A DNA stretch of 64,000 nt, taken from contig NC_058368.1 of the NCBI RefSeq assembly GCF_018350175.1, forward strand, positions 78,184,001 to 78,248,000, written 5' to 3'. Numbering within the stretch: the stretch's first letter is position 1; every line of letters begins with the position of its first letter. The stretch is from Felis catus (lineage: Eukaryota). This document shows, in pieces, positions 1-13,014 of this stretch. The translations under genes were made by a program, and so were the position numbers. A model generated the notes under the pieces. That model was not told the origin of the DNA, did no database searches, and saw nothing but the letters and a program-made list of their open reading frames with translations.

Positions 1-112
1 TGTGTTGTCAGTGCAGAGACTGACGTGGGGCTCAATCCCATGAACCATGAGATCATGACCTGAGCCGAAATCAAGAGTTGAACGCTTACTGACCGAGCCA
101 CCCAGGCACCCC
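1..112 (-). mobile_element. CAN-SINE (SINEC_Fc-type), cut by window edge
   Basis: Reverse complement starts GGGGTGCCTGGGTGGCTCGGTC, the tRNA-derived SINE head. Confidence 0.9.
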
Positions 113-329
113 ATTTTTAAGTGAATCAGAAGCCAAAAGTTTTGAAATATTCTTTTATCCTGGTAAAATGAAACCCAAAAGTTACAAAAGCAAAATTATG
201 GTCCAAGTATTCCAATATCATAGCAGAGGAGGACTTGGCAGGGAGGAGCTATATCCGGCAGTATAAGAAACAATTCATCTTAACAATGGATGATTACATT
301 GACAAAAATAAAAGATTATTTTAACAAGG

Positions 330-745
330 CCCTGGGTTTTATATGCATGCATGAAATAATGCTGTTCAACAATAAACAGGAATTAAAACAAAACAGATTT
401 TAAAAAAGAGAGTTCATGTACTAGAGAGTGGATCTGAATAAATTATCCAGAATACAGAACAGATGGACAAAGAGATAGAAAATATAAAGGAGAGGTTAGG
501 CCAAAACACTCACCTAAAACCTAAAATCGAAGGCTGAGGAAATTCCGTGATATTAAATAAAAAAGTGAGGGAGGTAGGAGACATGGGAGAAGGAGAGAGA
601 ACACCAAAAACATATCAAACCAGAATTCTGGAAGAGGTTAAAAAAATGGGTCACTGGAAATATTTGAAGAGATAAAAACTAAGAATTTTCCAGGTCTCTG
701 AAAAAAAATAAACCCACAGTTTCTGGAAACCAGTGAATTCTTAAA
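330..745 (+). mobile_element. Old L1 ORF1-region fragment
   Basis: A-rich decayed ORF1-like text (GAAATATTTGAAGAGATAAAAACTAAGAATTTTCCAG). Confidence 0.55.
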
Positions 746-961
746 CACATTTTATATGCTGTCAAGTTGAATATTTCTCCTTCACCAAAAATGAATGGTT
801 TATTTTATTCTACTTCCATTTTCTAAGCTGAAATGGCATTTCTTGGTTTTATCTAAGACTGTAAATGTTATCATTTTGACAACAACACAAATGAATTTTT
901 AAAAGATTATTAATCTTTAGCATTCAATTTTTCCATCGTATTAGACAATTTTATTTCCTTT

Positions 962-1168
962 AAAAAATTTTTTTAATGTTTATTTTTGAGAGAGAGACAG
1001 AGTGTGAGCGGGGGGAAGGGCAGAGAGAGGAAGACAGAGAATCCAAAGCAGGTTCCAGGCTCTGAGCTGTCTGCAAAAAGCCCAACGTGGAGCTCGAACT
1101 CACGAATCGTGAGATCATGACCTGAGCCGAAGTCGGACTCTCAACTGACTAAGCTACCCAGGCGCCCC
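962..1168 (-). mobile_element. CAN-SINE
   Basis: poly-T, (GA)n, body, ends CCCAGGCGCCCC. Confidence 0.95.
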
Positions 1169-2475
1169 TAGATAGCTTTGATTTTTATATGATTTCAGGT
1201 AATGGCTGGCCTGCTACTGGTATGCACGTTCATATGTGCATTTTCTACTATTTTAATATATACTTACATAATATGCCTCATTTCTCAGTGGCTCAGACTT
1301 CAGATAATATTTTCGGGAACTGCACATAGGAGCTCAGGGTAATGAGCTAAATATCTGTGAGGGGTATGGATGTCCTGGCCCAAACGTTTGTACTGGTTCA
1401 GCGTTTGTAGACACCACAGCGTTATTTTTCTGGTTTGTTAAATAACTTGAAGAAGCACACTGTCACTTTATTTGCACTATTTTATAAATAACTTTAAGTT
1501 TTCTTTTTAAAACCATGAATGCCAGTAAAGTAGTCACCTGATTACGACCAGGTGCACCTCTTCACATTATGTAACCTTCAACCTTGGCAACCCTTCCTCT
1601 TACAGAATCAGATACTCTTCTATTCATCCACAGACCCTTTTTTCTTTATTTGATTACATCTTTTCCTTCAGTTGTTCCATTCTTCCTTATGTATTACAAG
1701 GGATATGTCATTTATTCAGTATTTTATACCCTATCCTAGCCCGCTTACCTCTCTCCTCTCTGTGATTGGTTCACAGATGTGTTAAGCCACTAATTCAATT
1801 TCTGTTATATAAAACCTGTTTTTTAAAACATCGTGTCTGTCTTCTTTTTCAAAAAACCTTTGCTAACATTTTCCACTCCAACTATTTTCAATTTTGCTTT
1901 TACTGTCTCTAGAGTGACCTGTACTTTTATCCTAGATAATTTTTTTTTTTTTACTGAGAACACGAAGACACTCTACTATAATTCTGGTTTCGCAAAAAAA
2001 TCTGTTTCAGAAATGTGTATTTTTCCTGTGTTCTTGGCATATGCTTTCATCTCCTTTTGTGGCAATAATTTTCTGTATATCCCAACTGAATTTGTCTCTG
2101 CTAACAATGCAAAAAGAAATCTATTTTGACAGTTGACTCTCCTGCCCTGCTCCCTGGAGCGTCCTTCCGGGCAACAGTAGCAATAGAGAGACAGGCCGAG
2201 CCCAGAGTGCGTTTGTGCTCATCTCTCTGTGAAGCAAGATGAACGACCAGCCTGAGCAGTGCCCAAGGTGGTCTCAAGAAATCTTCAAGTTCAGTATATT
2301 CTTGTTTACCTGCCCTGCCAACCATTTGCCCATTACTTCAGGGATTTTCCTTGGTATGAATTTCCCCAAATTGGACCTTAATTCCTTCCTCTTGTGGTTG
2401 CAGAAACATAAAAACTGGATAATGCATTCCTTTTTATGATCACTGTATCATTCTTTTATCTAGAAGTGTCTTGCT

Positions 2476-2591
2476 GGGGCACCTGGATGGCTCAGTCAGT
2501 TGAGTGTCCAACTCTTGGTTTTGGCTCAGGTCATGATCTAACAGTTTGTGAGTTTGAGTCCCATGTCAGGCTCTGCAGAGCCTACTTGGGA

Positions 2592-2647
<56 letters not shown>

Positions 2648-2717
2648 CTCCCTGCTAACTCTCCCTTATCTCTCTCTCAAAAAATAAATAAACATTACAA
2701 ATAGATAAATGAATAAA
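2476..2717 (+). mobile_element. CAN-SINE with expanded (CT)n
   Basis: GGGGCACCTGGATGGCTCAG head, (CT)n, A-tail; imperfect TSD AAGTGTCTTGCT/AAGTATCTTGCT. Confidence 0.95.
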
Positions 2718-2756
2718 AGTATCTTGCTGAATGAGCCTTGTTATACACTTCTTTTT

Positions 2757-2948
2757 AAAAAAAATTTTTCTTTAACTTTTATTTATTATTGAGAGACAGA
2801 GAGACACAGAGCATGAGCAGGGGAGGGGCTGAGAGATAGGGAGACACAGAATCTGAAGCACGCTCCAGCACAGAGCCTGACGCGGGGCTTGAACTCATGA
2901 CCTGAGCCAAAGTCAGACGCTTAACCGACTGAGTCACCCAGGTGCCCC
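2757..2948 (-). mobile_element. CAN-SINE (internally deleted)
   Basis: Antisense body ending CCCAGGTGCCCC. Confidence 0.92.
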
Positions 2949-3040
2949 ATGAAAACATCAAAATGAATACAGGAGGGAATCACAATCTGTGAAGTGCTGA
3001 AATCTGCATTTATGTCCTGGGAAGGAGCAAACCAGAAGTC

Positions 3041-3202
3041 TGGGGAGAGGAGCAGAGAGAGAGGGAAAGAGAATCCCAATCCGGCTCTGTGCTGCCAGTG
3101 CAGAGCCTGATGCAGGGCTCAATCTCACGAAACGGAATGATCGGGACCTGAGCCGAAACCAAGAGTCAGACACTTAACAGACTGAGCCACCCAGGAGCCC
3201 CC
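3041..3202 (-). mobile_element. CAN-SINE, tail missing
   Basis: Antisense body ending ACCCAGGAGCCCC. Confidence 0.88.
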
Positions 3203-3938
3203 TGAATTTCTTTCCATCCATCTTGCTTTTGAAGTTGTGACATCATCTTTGCATTCTAAAATATTCAATGGCATGCAAACAATGTTAGTTAACAGCCATA
3301 TATGTTGGTTGTATCATAGCAGCTGCCATCTAAATCATTGCTCCCCTATTTACATACAAATGGCTGGTTTTGCAAATACAAGTGTGTTGGTAGAAAGCAA
3401 AACATGTGTATCCATACACACATAGTGAAAGACTTGGGCTTGCTTATGTCATTTCCTTGAGAGCCAACAAGAGGGCAGGTGGCCTGAACATACTCCCGAT
3501 GGCCTACAGCACAGGGAATAAGTGTCAGACTGTCTTCCAATCTGCTGTGTGATTCTATTTTCTTATCTCAAACCAGACTGTTCTTACATGTGTTTGCTTC
3601 CTAGCGCTGTGCAGACACACAAACACAAAAATATAAAGGCAATGAGGTAAAACATGATGGTGAGTATAATGTATTTTTAGGTATCTGTGTATGGAGTTCT
3701 ATGAGTATTTATAACCAGGTTAATCTAGACCCTTATAATAAACTTTCTCTTTCAATAAACGTTGACAGTCTTGTCGTATCTCCAATGCACATTTCTGTGC
3801 ATAAGAAGTATTTGTTTGATGAATGCCGCAAGAAGTAGGCCGAAGATAAACTAAATCACAGAGACCAGCTCATCTGACACAGTATTATGTTTTTGTTTTT
3901 TCCCCCCCAGGAAAACTTTACAAAAATAGTTAAGTCTT

Positions 3939-4148
3939 GGGACACCTGGGTGGCTAGTCAGTTGAGCATCTGACTTGGTTGGGCTCAGGTGATGATCTCC
4001 TAATTCACGGCTTCGAGCCCCACATTGGGCTCTGTACTGACAGCTCAGAGCCTGGAGCCTGCTTTGGATTCTGTGTCTCCCTCTCTTGCTGCCCCTCCCC
4101 CTCTCACGTTCTGTTTCTCTCTCTCAAAAATAAATAAACGTTAAAAAA
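3939..4148 (+). mobile_element. CAN-SINE
   Basis: Head, (CT)n, AATAAATAAACGTTAAAAAA tail. Confidence 0.95.
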
Positions 4149-4728
4149 GTACTAAGTCTTTTTGCAAGATGTTTTTCAGTTGAAACCAAAGATTGCAAGG
4201 CTTTACATTTGCACCCAATTTTAGAGCATGTCAGGTCAAGCAGATTTGCTTTTACATGAGACTCGAGAAACTTGTGCTGGCCTTTCATATCTGTCTCTCT
4301 CTCTTTAACACAATTAAAAAGCCTCTTTCTTTCTTCACAGCAATCAGAACATGACATATTACCTGGTGTTCCAAAGGTAGCCCGTGGGGATCCTTAGCAT
4401 GTCTCTACAAGGCTCTTGGGAATTCTGCACAAATGTTGGAAAAACGCGTGCTGGCAAACTCATTAAAAAGGAGGAAAACAGATGGTTCCTTGGCTTGAAT
4501 GTATGCAGGCAATTTCACATGTTCAGGACAAGTTCAATTAAATAAACATTTCTGTAGTGTTTTTAACGAACAAAGAACTGTCTGGCCATTTTCTGTTTTA
4601 CCAAAAGTAATTGGGTTCATTCCACTTCCCACCCCCCTCTTGTCCCATCACCCCTGGTGAGAATATTTGGCTTTTTCCATGAGAAGATATCAACCTTGAA
4701 ATAGGTTTACTCTACTCTGTCATCATGT

Positions 4729-4944
4729 CTTTTTTTTTATGCTTATTTATTCACTTTGACAGAGAGAAGGAGCCTATGCATGTGTGAGTGGGGGAGGGGC
4801 AGAGAGAGAGGGAGAGAGAATCCCAAGCAGGCTCCACCCTCAGCGTGAAGCCCAATGCAGGGCTTGACCCTACAACGTGGGGATTATGACCCGAGCCGAA
4901 ATCAAGAGCTGGGCGCTTAACCCACTGAGCTACCCAGGCGCCCC
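4729..4944 (-). mobile_element. CAN-SINE
   Basis: TSD GTCATCATGTCTT/GTCATAATGTCTT. Confidence 0.93.
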
Positions 4945-5881
4945 ACGTCATAATGTCTTGAATTTTTGTCTTTGACATGGGGAGGCCACAGAGCATGGTG
5001 GTTAAGAGTTTCTGCTCTGGGGTATACAGGGAAAGCTCAGGTCCTAGGATGATTAACCATTTGTGTCTTGGTTTTCTTTATTGTTCAGTATGAGGTACAA
5101 TGACAGCATTGACTTTGTGAACCTTTTGTGAGAAGATGGTATTTGGTAACCAGCGCCTGGTACTTCAGACGCACCCAATCCAACCACCGTGTCTTTATAA
5201 CGCTTATGTGTTTGGGCCTATAGGCACAGACCAAAGCCAGCCCCCACCCCACACCCCGGGGTGTGTTGCTCTGTAATAATGTGGCTTCGAATAAAGGGAA
5301 CACGAGGGAACCTCATCTATTTGAGTCATTCCCTTGAACGGTTCTTCACTCTGAGACCCAGTGTCTTGTCTCTAATGGCAAGCAAAGGTGTCCAACAAAA
5401 CAGTGGGGTGTTAATAGGTTGAACTTTGCCACTGGGAAGGAGCTGCTTAAGATTACTTACCACACTGGGGCCTGGATACATCTTCTGCCTCATTCCATAG
5501 TAATATTATTTGGAGGGAGAAAAATAATAGAGCTAATAACTCATCCATTGTGAATAGAGTGATGTTTCATATAGTTGTGTTTGTCCTATGCTCACACATT
5601 ATTATCAGTGACAAGTTTGTGAGTGTATATTAGAAAGTACAGATGCAGTGACTACTGTATCCACAACGATAAGCCACTCTTCCCAATTTTTCATACATCA
5701 AAATAACAGAGAATCATCCCCCAAAACTAGATCCTTCCGACCAAGTGACTGAAACCACCCTGTCTGTCACAGGCTAATTGGAAGGATAAGGAGGCTGTTC
5801 CCTATTATAATCAAAGGGGTAGCTCTTTGTAGTCCTTTCCCCACATCAGGGTTAGAGACAAGTTTTTTTTAGCGGCCCAGT

Positions 5882-5924
<43 letters not shown>

Positions 5925-5930
5925 AAAAGA
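5882..5930. repeat. (GAAA)n microsatellite
   Basis: Direct reading. Confidence 0.97.
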
Positions 5931-6695
5931 AAAACCAGGTCAAAAGAGACTTTTCTATTATCTGGAGTAATTACAGTGGAAGTTTTGTAGTTCATGTTTC
6001 CATTTCCTAAAGAATGAGGAGGATTTAGAGCAGCTGATAAGTGAAAAGCACATTGATTTTATATAGTACATCAAGGCCATTAAACATGAAGCCCCTTTCC
6101 AGGCCTTGATTTCGTCTTTGGTACTTACTTTTTTGAAATGGAAACATATAACCATGAATTCTAGCTTCGCTACAGTGAAAGAAGAGTTACACTGGAAAAT
6201 TTCTGCTGAAATGTTTAAGCCCCAAATACCTTTTAACCATTATCGTGCCTACCAGAATTCTAGGTACTGTAGCCAAAAACTCTGATGGGTATGACCCATA
6301 GTCCCCTCACACTGTTCCTTGCACACAAGGACCAGAATGATACAAAGAATTTGTGTTGCACAGAAACAAGAAAGGAAAAAGGAGTCTGTCTACGCCTTAT
6401 GAGGTAGTCTAAAGTTGAACTGTTTTCATTGCTAGTAATGTGTCTAAAATTCAAATCTGCTCCAAAATTCAGTTTTAAAACTCTGCTGATAAAATAAGCC
6501 ATGACATACCAACTTTCACATGCATGCACAACATTACAGAAAGGAGATAATGATCTTCACATCATACACCCCCATATTTGCAGTGCTTTCTAGTTTTTAA
6601 AATACTCTCGATCATAATGTGATAGAAAAGGGCATTTCTTGGAACAGCTTATAACTTATAACTAGGCCATTAAACTATTTTATTAAAATTATGTA

Positions 6696-6931
6696 GGGGC
6701 GCCTGGGTGGCTCAGTCGGTTGAGTGTCCGACTTCAGCTTAGGTCACGATCTCACGGTCCGTGAGTTCGAGCCCCGCGTCGGGCTCTGAGCTGATGGCCC
6801 AGAGCCTGGAGCCTGCTTCCGATTCTGTGTCTCCCTCTTTCTCTGCTCCTCCCCCGTTCATGCTCTGTCTCTCTCTGTCTCAAAAATAAATAAACGTTAA
6901 AAAAAATTAAAAAAAATAAATAGATAAAAAA
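6696..6931 (+). mobile_element. Young CAN-SINE
   Basis: CpGs intact; perfect TSD TAAAATTATGTA. Confidence 0.97.
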
Positions 6932-7909
6932 TAAAATTATGTAAAACTAACCTCTCCACAGACATAGCTAGAAATACAGGAACAAAAATCAATATAATGG
7001 TGCAATCACTGAAATCAATACTTAGATTGGTCTGTAATTTTAAAATCCAGGTTGGTGAATCATTTTTTTCTTTTGGACTATTAAAATATACCCTCTGGTG
7101 CAGCTGAAGTGTGGATCTTATCCTAGTCGGCTTATCTTGAGTTCCATCAAATAAACTGGGACACAGCAACAGCATAGCCCTTCCCAAAAGTTCCCATTAT
7201 TTCAGATACACTTTCCCATCTTGAAGAAGTTTTCAAAAACATCTTCTTTGAATGTTGTTCCTATTTTAAAATTTCCTTTCTTATTATTTGAAAACTATTC
7301 TCGTGATTTGTCTTCAAATTTTGCATACTTCTAAATTGTTTACAAAGGCAAAGCTATGCTTGGGTTTTCTGCCACAGGAGAAAAATAATGAATGTTAAGG
7401 CAGATTTACATTCTCATGAAAGTAAAATTGACACATTCTACACGGACTGGTACTATTGATTCTGAAATCAAGAGTTTCTGACATATATTGTCATTCTTTA
7501 GAAGGTCCCTCAATTGGAACAAAAGCTTCAATGGCATCAGGAAGTTTTAAATTTCCTTCGGTGTCTTAGAAATGTGCAATGATTTTAAACTAATATTGCA
7601 AATTTCTTATTTTTTATAACTAATACATGTTCTTAGTTAAAATAATTTTAAATTATTAAATTTCAGAGATTGAAGTGAAACTATTTATAAAATTACACCC
7701 ACCCCCCACCCCCCAAAATAAAGCCCTTGGATTTTCTTGTTGTTGCTGCCCATTGAAGGAGTCAAGTTGAGTTGATTCGTGGAAAACAGAATTAAAGGAA
7801 AAGGAAAAGTCATGTGAGGAGATCACTTTTCTTAAAAAAAGAAAATAGGTAAGCTGCCTTTGTAGATTTCAAAATACTTGCTGAGATAGCAAGTTTCACA
7901 TATTTTGAT

Positions 7910-8259
7910 GATCTTTTATTAGGTATGCACACAGGAAGTGTTGTTACATCTTCTTGTAGACTGCTTTATCATCATGTAATGTCCTTCTGTTGATCTTTGA
8001 CAATTTTCTTTGTTCTGAAGTATTCTAATCTGAAATTAATACAGCAACTCCAGTCTTCTTTGATTTGTGTTAGCATGGTATCTTTCTCCAACCCTTTACT
8101 TGCAACTGATTTTTACCTTTAAATTTTAAATGGGTTTCTTGTAGACAACATATTGTTAGGTCATAGTTGTTTGTTTATAATCCACTCTGACAATCTCTGC
8201 CTTTTCACTGGTGTCTTTGGGCTATTGACATTTAATTTTTTTAATGTTTATTTATTTTT

Positions 8260-8301
<42 letters not shown>

Positions 8302-8520
8302 AGAAGTGGGGGAGGGGCAGAGAGAGAAGGAGACACAGAATTCCAAGCAGGCTCCAAGCTTCAAGCTGTCAACACAGAGCCTGATGTGGGACTGGAACTC
8401 ACGGACCGTGAGGTCATGACCTCAGCTGAAGAAGAGGCTTAACTGAGCCACCCAAGCACCCCTGGGCTATTGACATTTAAATTGACTATTGATATGTTTA
8501 GATTGATATCTACCCTGTAT
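7910..8520 (-). mobile_element. Old L1 ORF2 endonuclease-region fragment, split by a SINE
   Basis: Antisense of L1 EN text (CAGCAACTCCAG...TTAGCATGGTAT...TTCTTGTAGACAACA). Confidence 0.75.
8236..8462 (-). mobile_element. CAN-SINE nested in L1
   Basis: 18-bp TSD TGGGCTATTGACATTTAA at 8218 and 8463. Confidence 0.95.
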
Positions 8521-8539
8521 ATGACATACTACATCTGTC

Positions 8540-8913
8540 CAGTGGGTTTTCCAGATCTAGGGCATCTGCAAATGCAGGGTCCCCCAGAGTGTAGCCCCCA
8601 GGTCTCTCATTTGTGCTAGCTCCCCCTCACCTACAGCATTTGGTCAAAGTTACCATGTAAGTGAATTCTTACCAGCTTGTGGATCCAACCAGCTCTGTGC
8701 AGGTAAACTGATCTCACCTCTGATTCTCTACATTTACTGTTTCTCCAGAGTGGAGGTGGTCATTCTCACTGTGACCTGAGTTCTTGGCCTGGCCCAAGAA
8801 AGGTTGGGGTTTTTTTTTTTGTTGTTTTTTATTTTTTTCTTTTCGTTAGTTTTTTCTTGTTGTAAGGACAGGACTTCCCAAGATCTTTACACGTAGGGCT
8901 GAAACAACAAATC
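8540..8913 (-). mobile_element. Old L1M 5'-end fragment
   Basis: TTCTTGTTGTAAGGA...CTTCCCAAGATCTTTACA...GCTGAAAC resembles the antisense of ancestral L1M 5' ends (recalled). Confidence 0.55.
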
Positions 8914-9621
8914 CTGCAATAATGTTTAACATTCAAACAATCAGTGTAACTCACCACATTAAGAAAATGATGGAAATAATTACCTAAGGATGTAGAAAAA
9001 GTATTGGGAAAAATTGAACAAACTTCCTTATAATTTTTTTTTTTAATTTTAAGGAGAGATTCTACTTAAGTAGAGATTCTATTCCTTTTAAGCTTTTTCA
9101 TATTTAATCTTTCCCAGGTCAAGATATTTTTGATAATGATCACCCCACCATATCTCCTATCAGCAGGATATGCCATGACATTTCCTCATTTTTTAACACA
9201 TACATTGACACTTGGCCAGCTGAGCTCTTGATATGAAGTTTTTCTAAGCTGCTCTCTTTCTCTATTCACTTTCACTTTAATATTCCATAATCAACAACAA
9301 CAGAATCCTTCCATCCTTAAGCGAAAATCTCTAAGTAAATCTCTCATAAAATCTATATTGCAATGACAAAGACAGAATGGATTATATTAATCTTAGACAT
9401 ATTAAAGAATATGTAATTTTGAATTGAATTATCCACATATTTTAAAAATGTGTTGTTTTCCTTGGGACTCTATGTTTCAATTTTCAGTTACTAACATCAA
9501 GGACTGAAAACATTTCCTAACAGATTGCACTGAAATGTTCATAGATTTGTAATCAAAGACTGCTGATGTTCCTTTAAATAAAGATAATATAATGATGATG
9601 TGGACAAAATAACTAAACATT

Positions 9622-9806
9622 CTTTTTTAATGTTTATTTATTTATTTTTGAGACAGAGAGAAAGCAGGGGAGAGAGAATCCCAAGCAGGCTCAGCACTCT
9701 TAAGTGCAGAGCCCGACGTGGGGCTCAAACTCACAAACCGTGAGATCATGACCTGAGCCGAAACCAAGAGTCGGATATTTAACTGACTGAGCCATCCAGG
9801 TGCCCC
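9622..9806 (-). mobile_element. CAN-SINE
   Basis: Antisense body ending CCAGGTGCCCC. Confidence 0.93.
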
Positions 9807-9924
9807 AACCGCCAAACATTCTTAAATTAATTTAAAATATTTCCATTTTCCTGAATTCAATGTTAAAACCCATTGTTTTCTGAGTCAATATGATAGTGTC
9901 ACCCTTTAAAAATTAGAAAAATAA

Positions 9925-10035
9925 GGGGTGCCTGGCTGGCTCAGTCAGGACAGCCATCTGACCCTCAATCTCAGGGTTTTGAGTTCAAGTCCCACAATGG
10001 GTATAGAGATTACTCAAATAAATAAAACTTTTTAA
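9925..10035 (+). mobile_element. Short older CAN-SINE variant lacking (CT)n
   Basis: tRNA-like head then GTATAGAGATTACTCAAATAAA; TSD AAAAATTAGAAA. Confidence 0.85.
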
Positions 10036-11386
10036 AAAATTAGAAAGATAAAACTGAAAATGTATTCAATGGAGAGTTGGTAAAAGGAATACATATTATA
10101 TTCCTACCAGGTTGCTAGAAAAGACTATAAAATTTAGATTCTATAGAAGAAACCACAATGGGAAAAAGGAAAAAAACTTTGATACATAGATTTTTAAAAT
10201 AATTACACAGGAAACAGCTATATATAAATATATCCTTAGTAAAAAGAAAAACGCTATGAAGAAAACTGGAGGCTTAAGTACATAGGAAGATTTTCTGAAT
10301 TCATAAGAAATGCTAATATAACTTCAGAAGATTAATTCGTAAAATTCATAATATATGATTTATATAAATGTAAAAACAATAAGTAAATGAATATATACAT
10401 AAATATTCAACTTCATGTAAATTATAATTGAATTGAAATAAAACTTTTGACATATTGACAAGGCATTTATAAAGGTTTAAATGCCTAATGCCTGAAAATG
10501 TTAGTGACTCTGGTTGTCTCGGATGTTGCTAAAACATGTTATAAACTCATATTGTTGACTTGAAATGCAAAGTCTGTACACAGTAAGAAACATTACAATT
10601 TTCATGCTGTTAATAATCCTATATTCTCTGACCAATCCAAAAGAAGCATTATCAAATATAAAAGATGCCTATATGCAGAAAGATTTTTATAGTATTTTGA
10701 ATATAGTTAAAATCAGAAACAAAATGATTGCTCAGTAATATGAAATAGTAAAGGAAATTAGTCAGTAGGATGTTATATAAAATAATTTCAAATAAGAAGT
10801 TAAGATGGTTAAGAAGATACAATCGTGGTACAACAATACTCAAAATGTTTACATAAGACCAAATCAATAAAAAACATATTTGTCCTATAATTAAAAACAT
10901 ATTAACAATTTTGTGCAAGGGTAATCAAATTATGAGTGTCTTTGTTTTCTATTTTGTCGCATTTCAAAATTGTGTTAAAATCATAATAAAATTTTTATAT
11001 AAAAGCAAACCAAAATTAGCTCTTATTATACATTTATGAGTTAAAGCAGAGGTAATATATGTAAGAGCCATTATTGTTGCCAAAAATTTCACTATTTAAG
11101 ATTTCTCTAAATAAGACTATTCAGCAATGGAACTAGATAAAATGAGAAATCTAATTACCAGAACCTTTAGAAGGGGGGGAAAAAAAAGAATCTTCCTTCT
11201 CTTCCTGTAAACTTGTGAATTTTGTTCCTAATGTTTCCATGTGAACTTATTTTTATAAATGTGCTAAATAAATGCAGAGTTAAAATAAACCATCTAAGGC
11301 TTTGCTTTAGAAAAATAGAATTTCACATCACTGATCTCTCTCAAAGTGCATGCATGGTTACTAATGTCTACTCAATGAACCTATAC

Positions 11387-11389
<3 letters not shown>

Positions 11390-11420
<31 letters not shown>
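11390..11420. repeat. (GA)n microsatellite
   Basis: Direct reading. Confidence 0.95.
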
Positions 11421-11422
<2 letters not shown>

Positions 11423-11805
11423 GGATGAGAGGAAGAGAAGGATAGAGTAGTGATTTACCAGTTTATTACATATTTAAATGTCTTCAGTGAAGCATCTCTA
11501 TAGTTCTCTAAAAATGATGCAGAACCGTAAAATCTGTTGATATGTTTTATTCTATATTCATTCATAAGTATTTATACTATTCAAGACTACAATTTTTTCA
11601 CTTTTTCCAAGCTACATGAAAGATTTTATTATGTAAATATTGTTAAATAATATAGAACCTTCAAGATGCAAAAGTATTGTAATGTTTTATTAAAATTATA
11701 AATGTTAAACAATATCAAAATAATGCTCTTTCCACTCAATTGGTTCATAAACCTAATAAGAGCGTAGATGATAAAGATATCTATAGAAATATTCCTTCTT
11801 TCTTT

Positions 11806-12024
11806 CTTTTAAGTTTTTTAACGTTTTTATTCATTTTTTTGAGAGACAGAGACTGTGAGCTGGGGAGGCGCAGAGAGAGAGAGAGGAAGACACAGAATCT
11901 GAAGCAGGCTCCAGGCTCTGAGCTGTCAGCACAGAGCCCGACGTGGGGCTCAAACCCACCAACCGTGAGATCATGACCTGAGTTGAAGTGGGACGCTTAA
12001 CTGATTGAGCCACCCAGGTCCCCC
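11806..12024 (-). mobile_element. CAN-SINE
   Basis: TSD AAATATTCCTTCTTTC. Confidence 0.95.
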
Positions 12025-12938
12025 AAAATATTCCTTCTTTCTCATGTGAATGAGTATCTAAGACAGTATCACAAATACTTGCTTCTGGGATAATTCTTAA
12101 ATCTATTCATGATGGGTGATGATGGGTGAAAAGAAGTTTCTTCCAAGAGAGAAGGATAATACCTGAGTTATGGAAAGATAGACGAGGTACGCAGATCTGA
12201 GTAGGGAACTAAGTATTCTGGTAAAGGGAAATAGGGTTGGTGACACGAGGAAAGTCCATTAGAGGCGAAGGTGATGAGTTCTATGATTCACTGAGTGTTT
12301 TCCGATAAACAAATATCAAGTGTTTGAGTGTCAAGGTCACATACAGCAGGTAACAATGTTCTTTAATAATCACACTGCACTTCAGCAGTAGATAACAAGA
12401 AATGTGGAAATTAGAAGATATTATTTATGAAGACATGCTATTGTGCTCCTAAAGTTCCTTTTTCAAGGGACAATGCTGAAATATACAAGAATGTCCCCAA
12501 ACTCTCAACAGACGTTGCGCTCAGTTCTTTCTGAGCAAATGTCTGTGGAGGGTGATGGCGCATATACTTTATGGGGTGTGTGTGGGTGGGTGTGTGTTTC
12601 TTTAGGATATAAACTCCGACGGGAGAGGCATTTTACTTTCTTTTTACAAACCTGTTACAGTGGCTTCTTAAAATAGCTTGTGTGTAAAATTTGTCTGCAG
12701 AAGAATACGTGATTCCAAAAGAACAACAGTCAGAAACACCCGGTAGCACTTGGGTTGCGCGCCGGATCCTAGAGAAGACCCGGAAGAGGCTCACTTCCAC
12801 GGTTAAGCGCAAGCGGTCTCACTGTGATCCCAGAGAAGGTCTGCGAGAGGAGGGCCCCCGGGGGCTCATCCAGGCAAGCCAGCTGTCCCCCACAACCCCT
12901 CTGCCAGCCTTTCAGTTGTTGGCCTCCAGGCTGCCTGA

Positions 12939-12978
<40 letters not shown>

Positions 12979-13014
12979 AAGGGCCACGCCCCGCGGGCAA
13001 GGCGACTCCCCTTC

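Noticed and set aside
2101..2330. Short ORFs in a GC-richer patch
   Set aside because: No convincing splice pair or homology; the context looks like decayed antisense L1
5455..5530. - strand exon ending GTG|gtaagt, as partner of the 6129-6169 exon
   Set aside because: Pyrimidine tract ends in AA rather than AG, and the joined frame hits a stop
9925..10000. tRNA gene
   Set aside because: tRNA-derived SINE head with A-tail and TSD; not an intact cloverleaf
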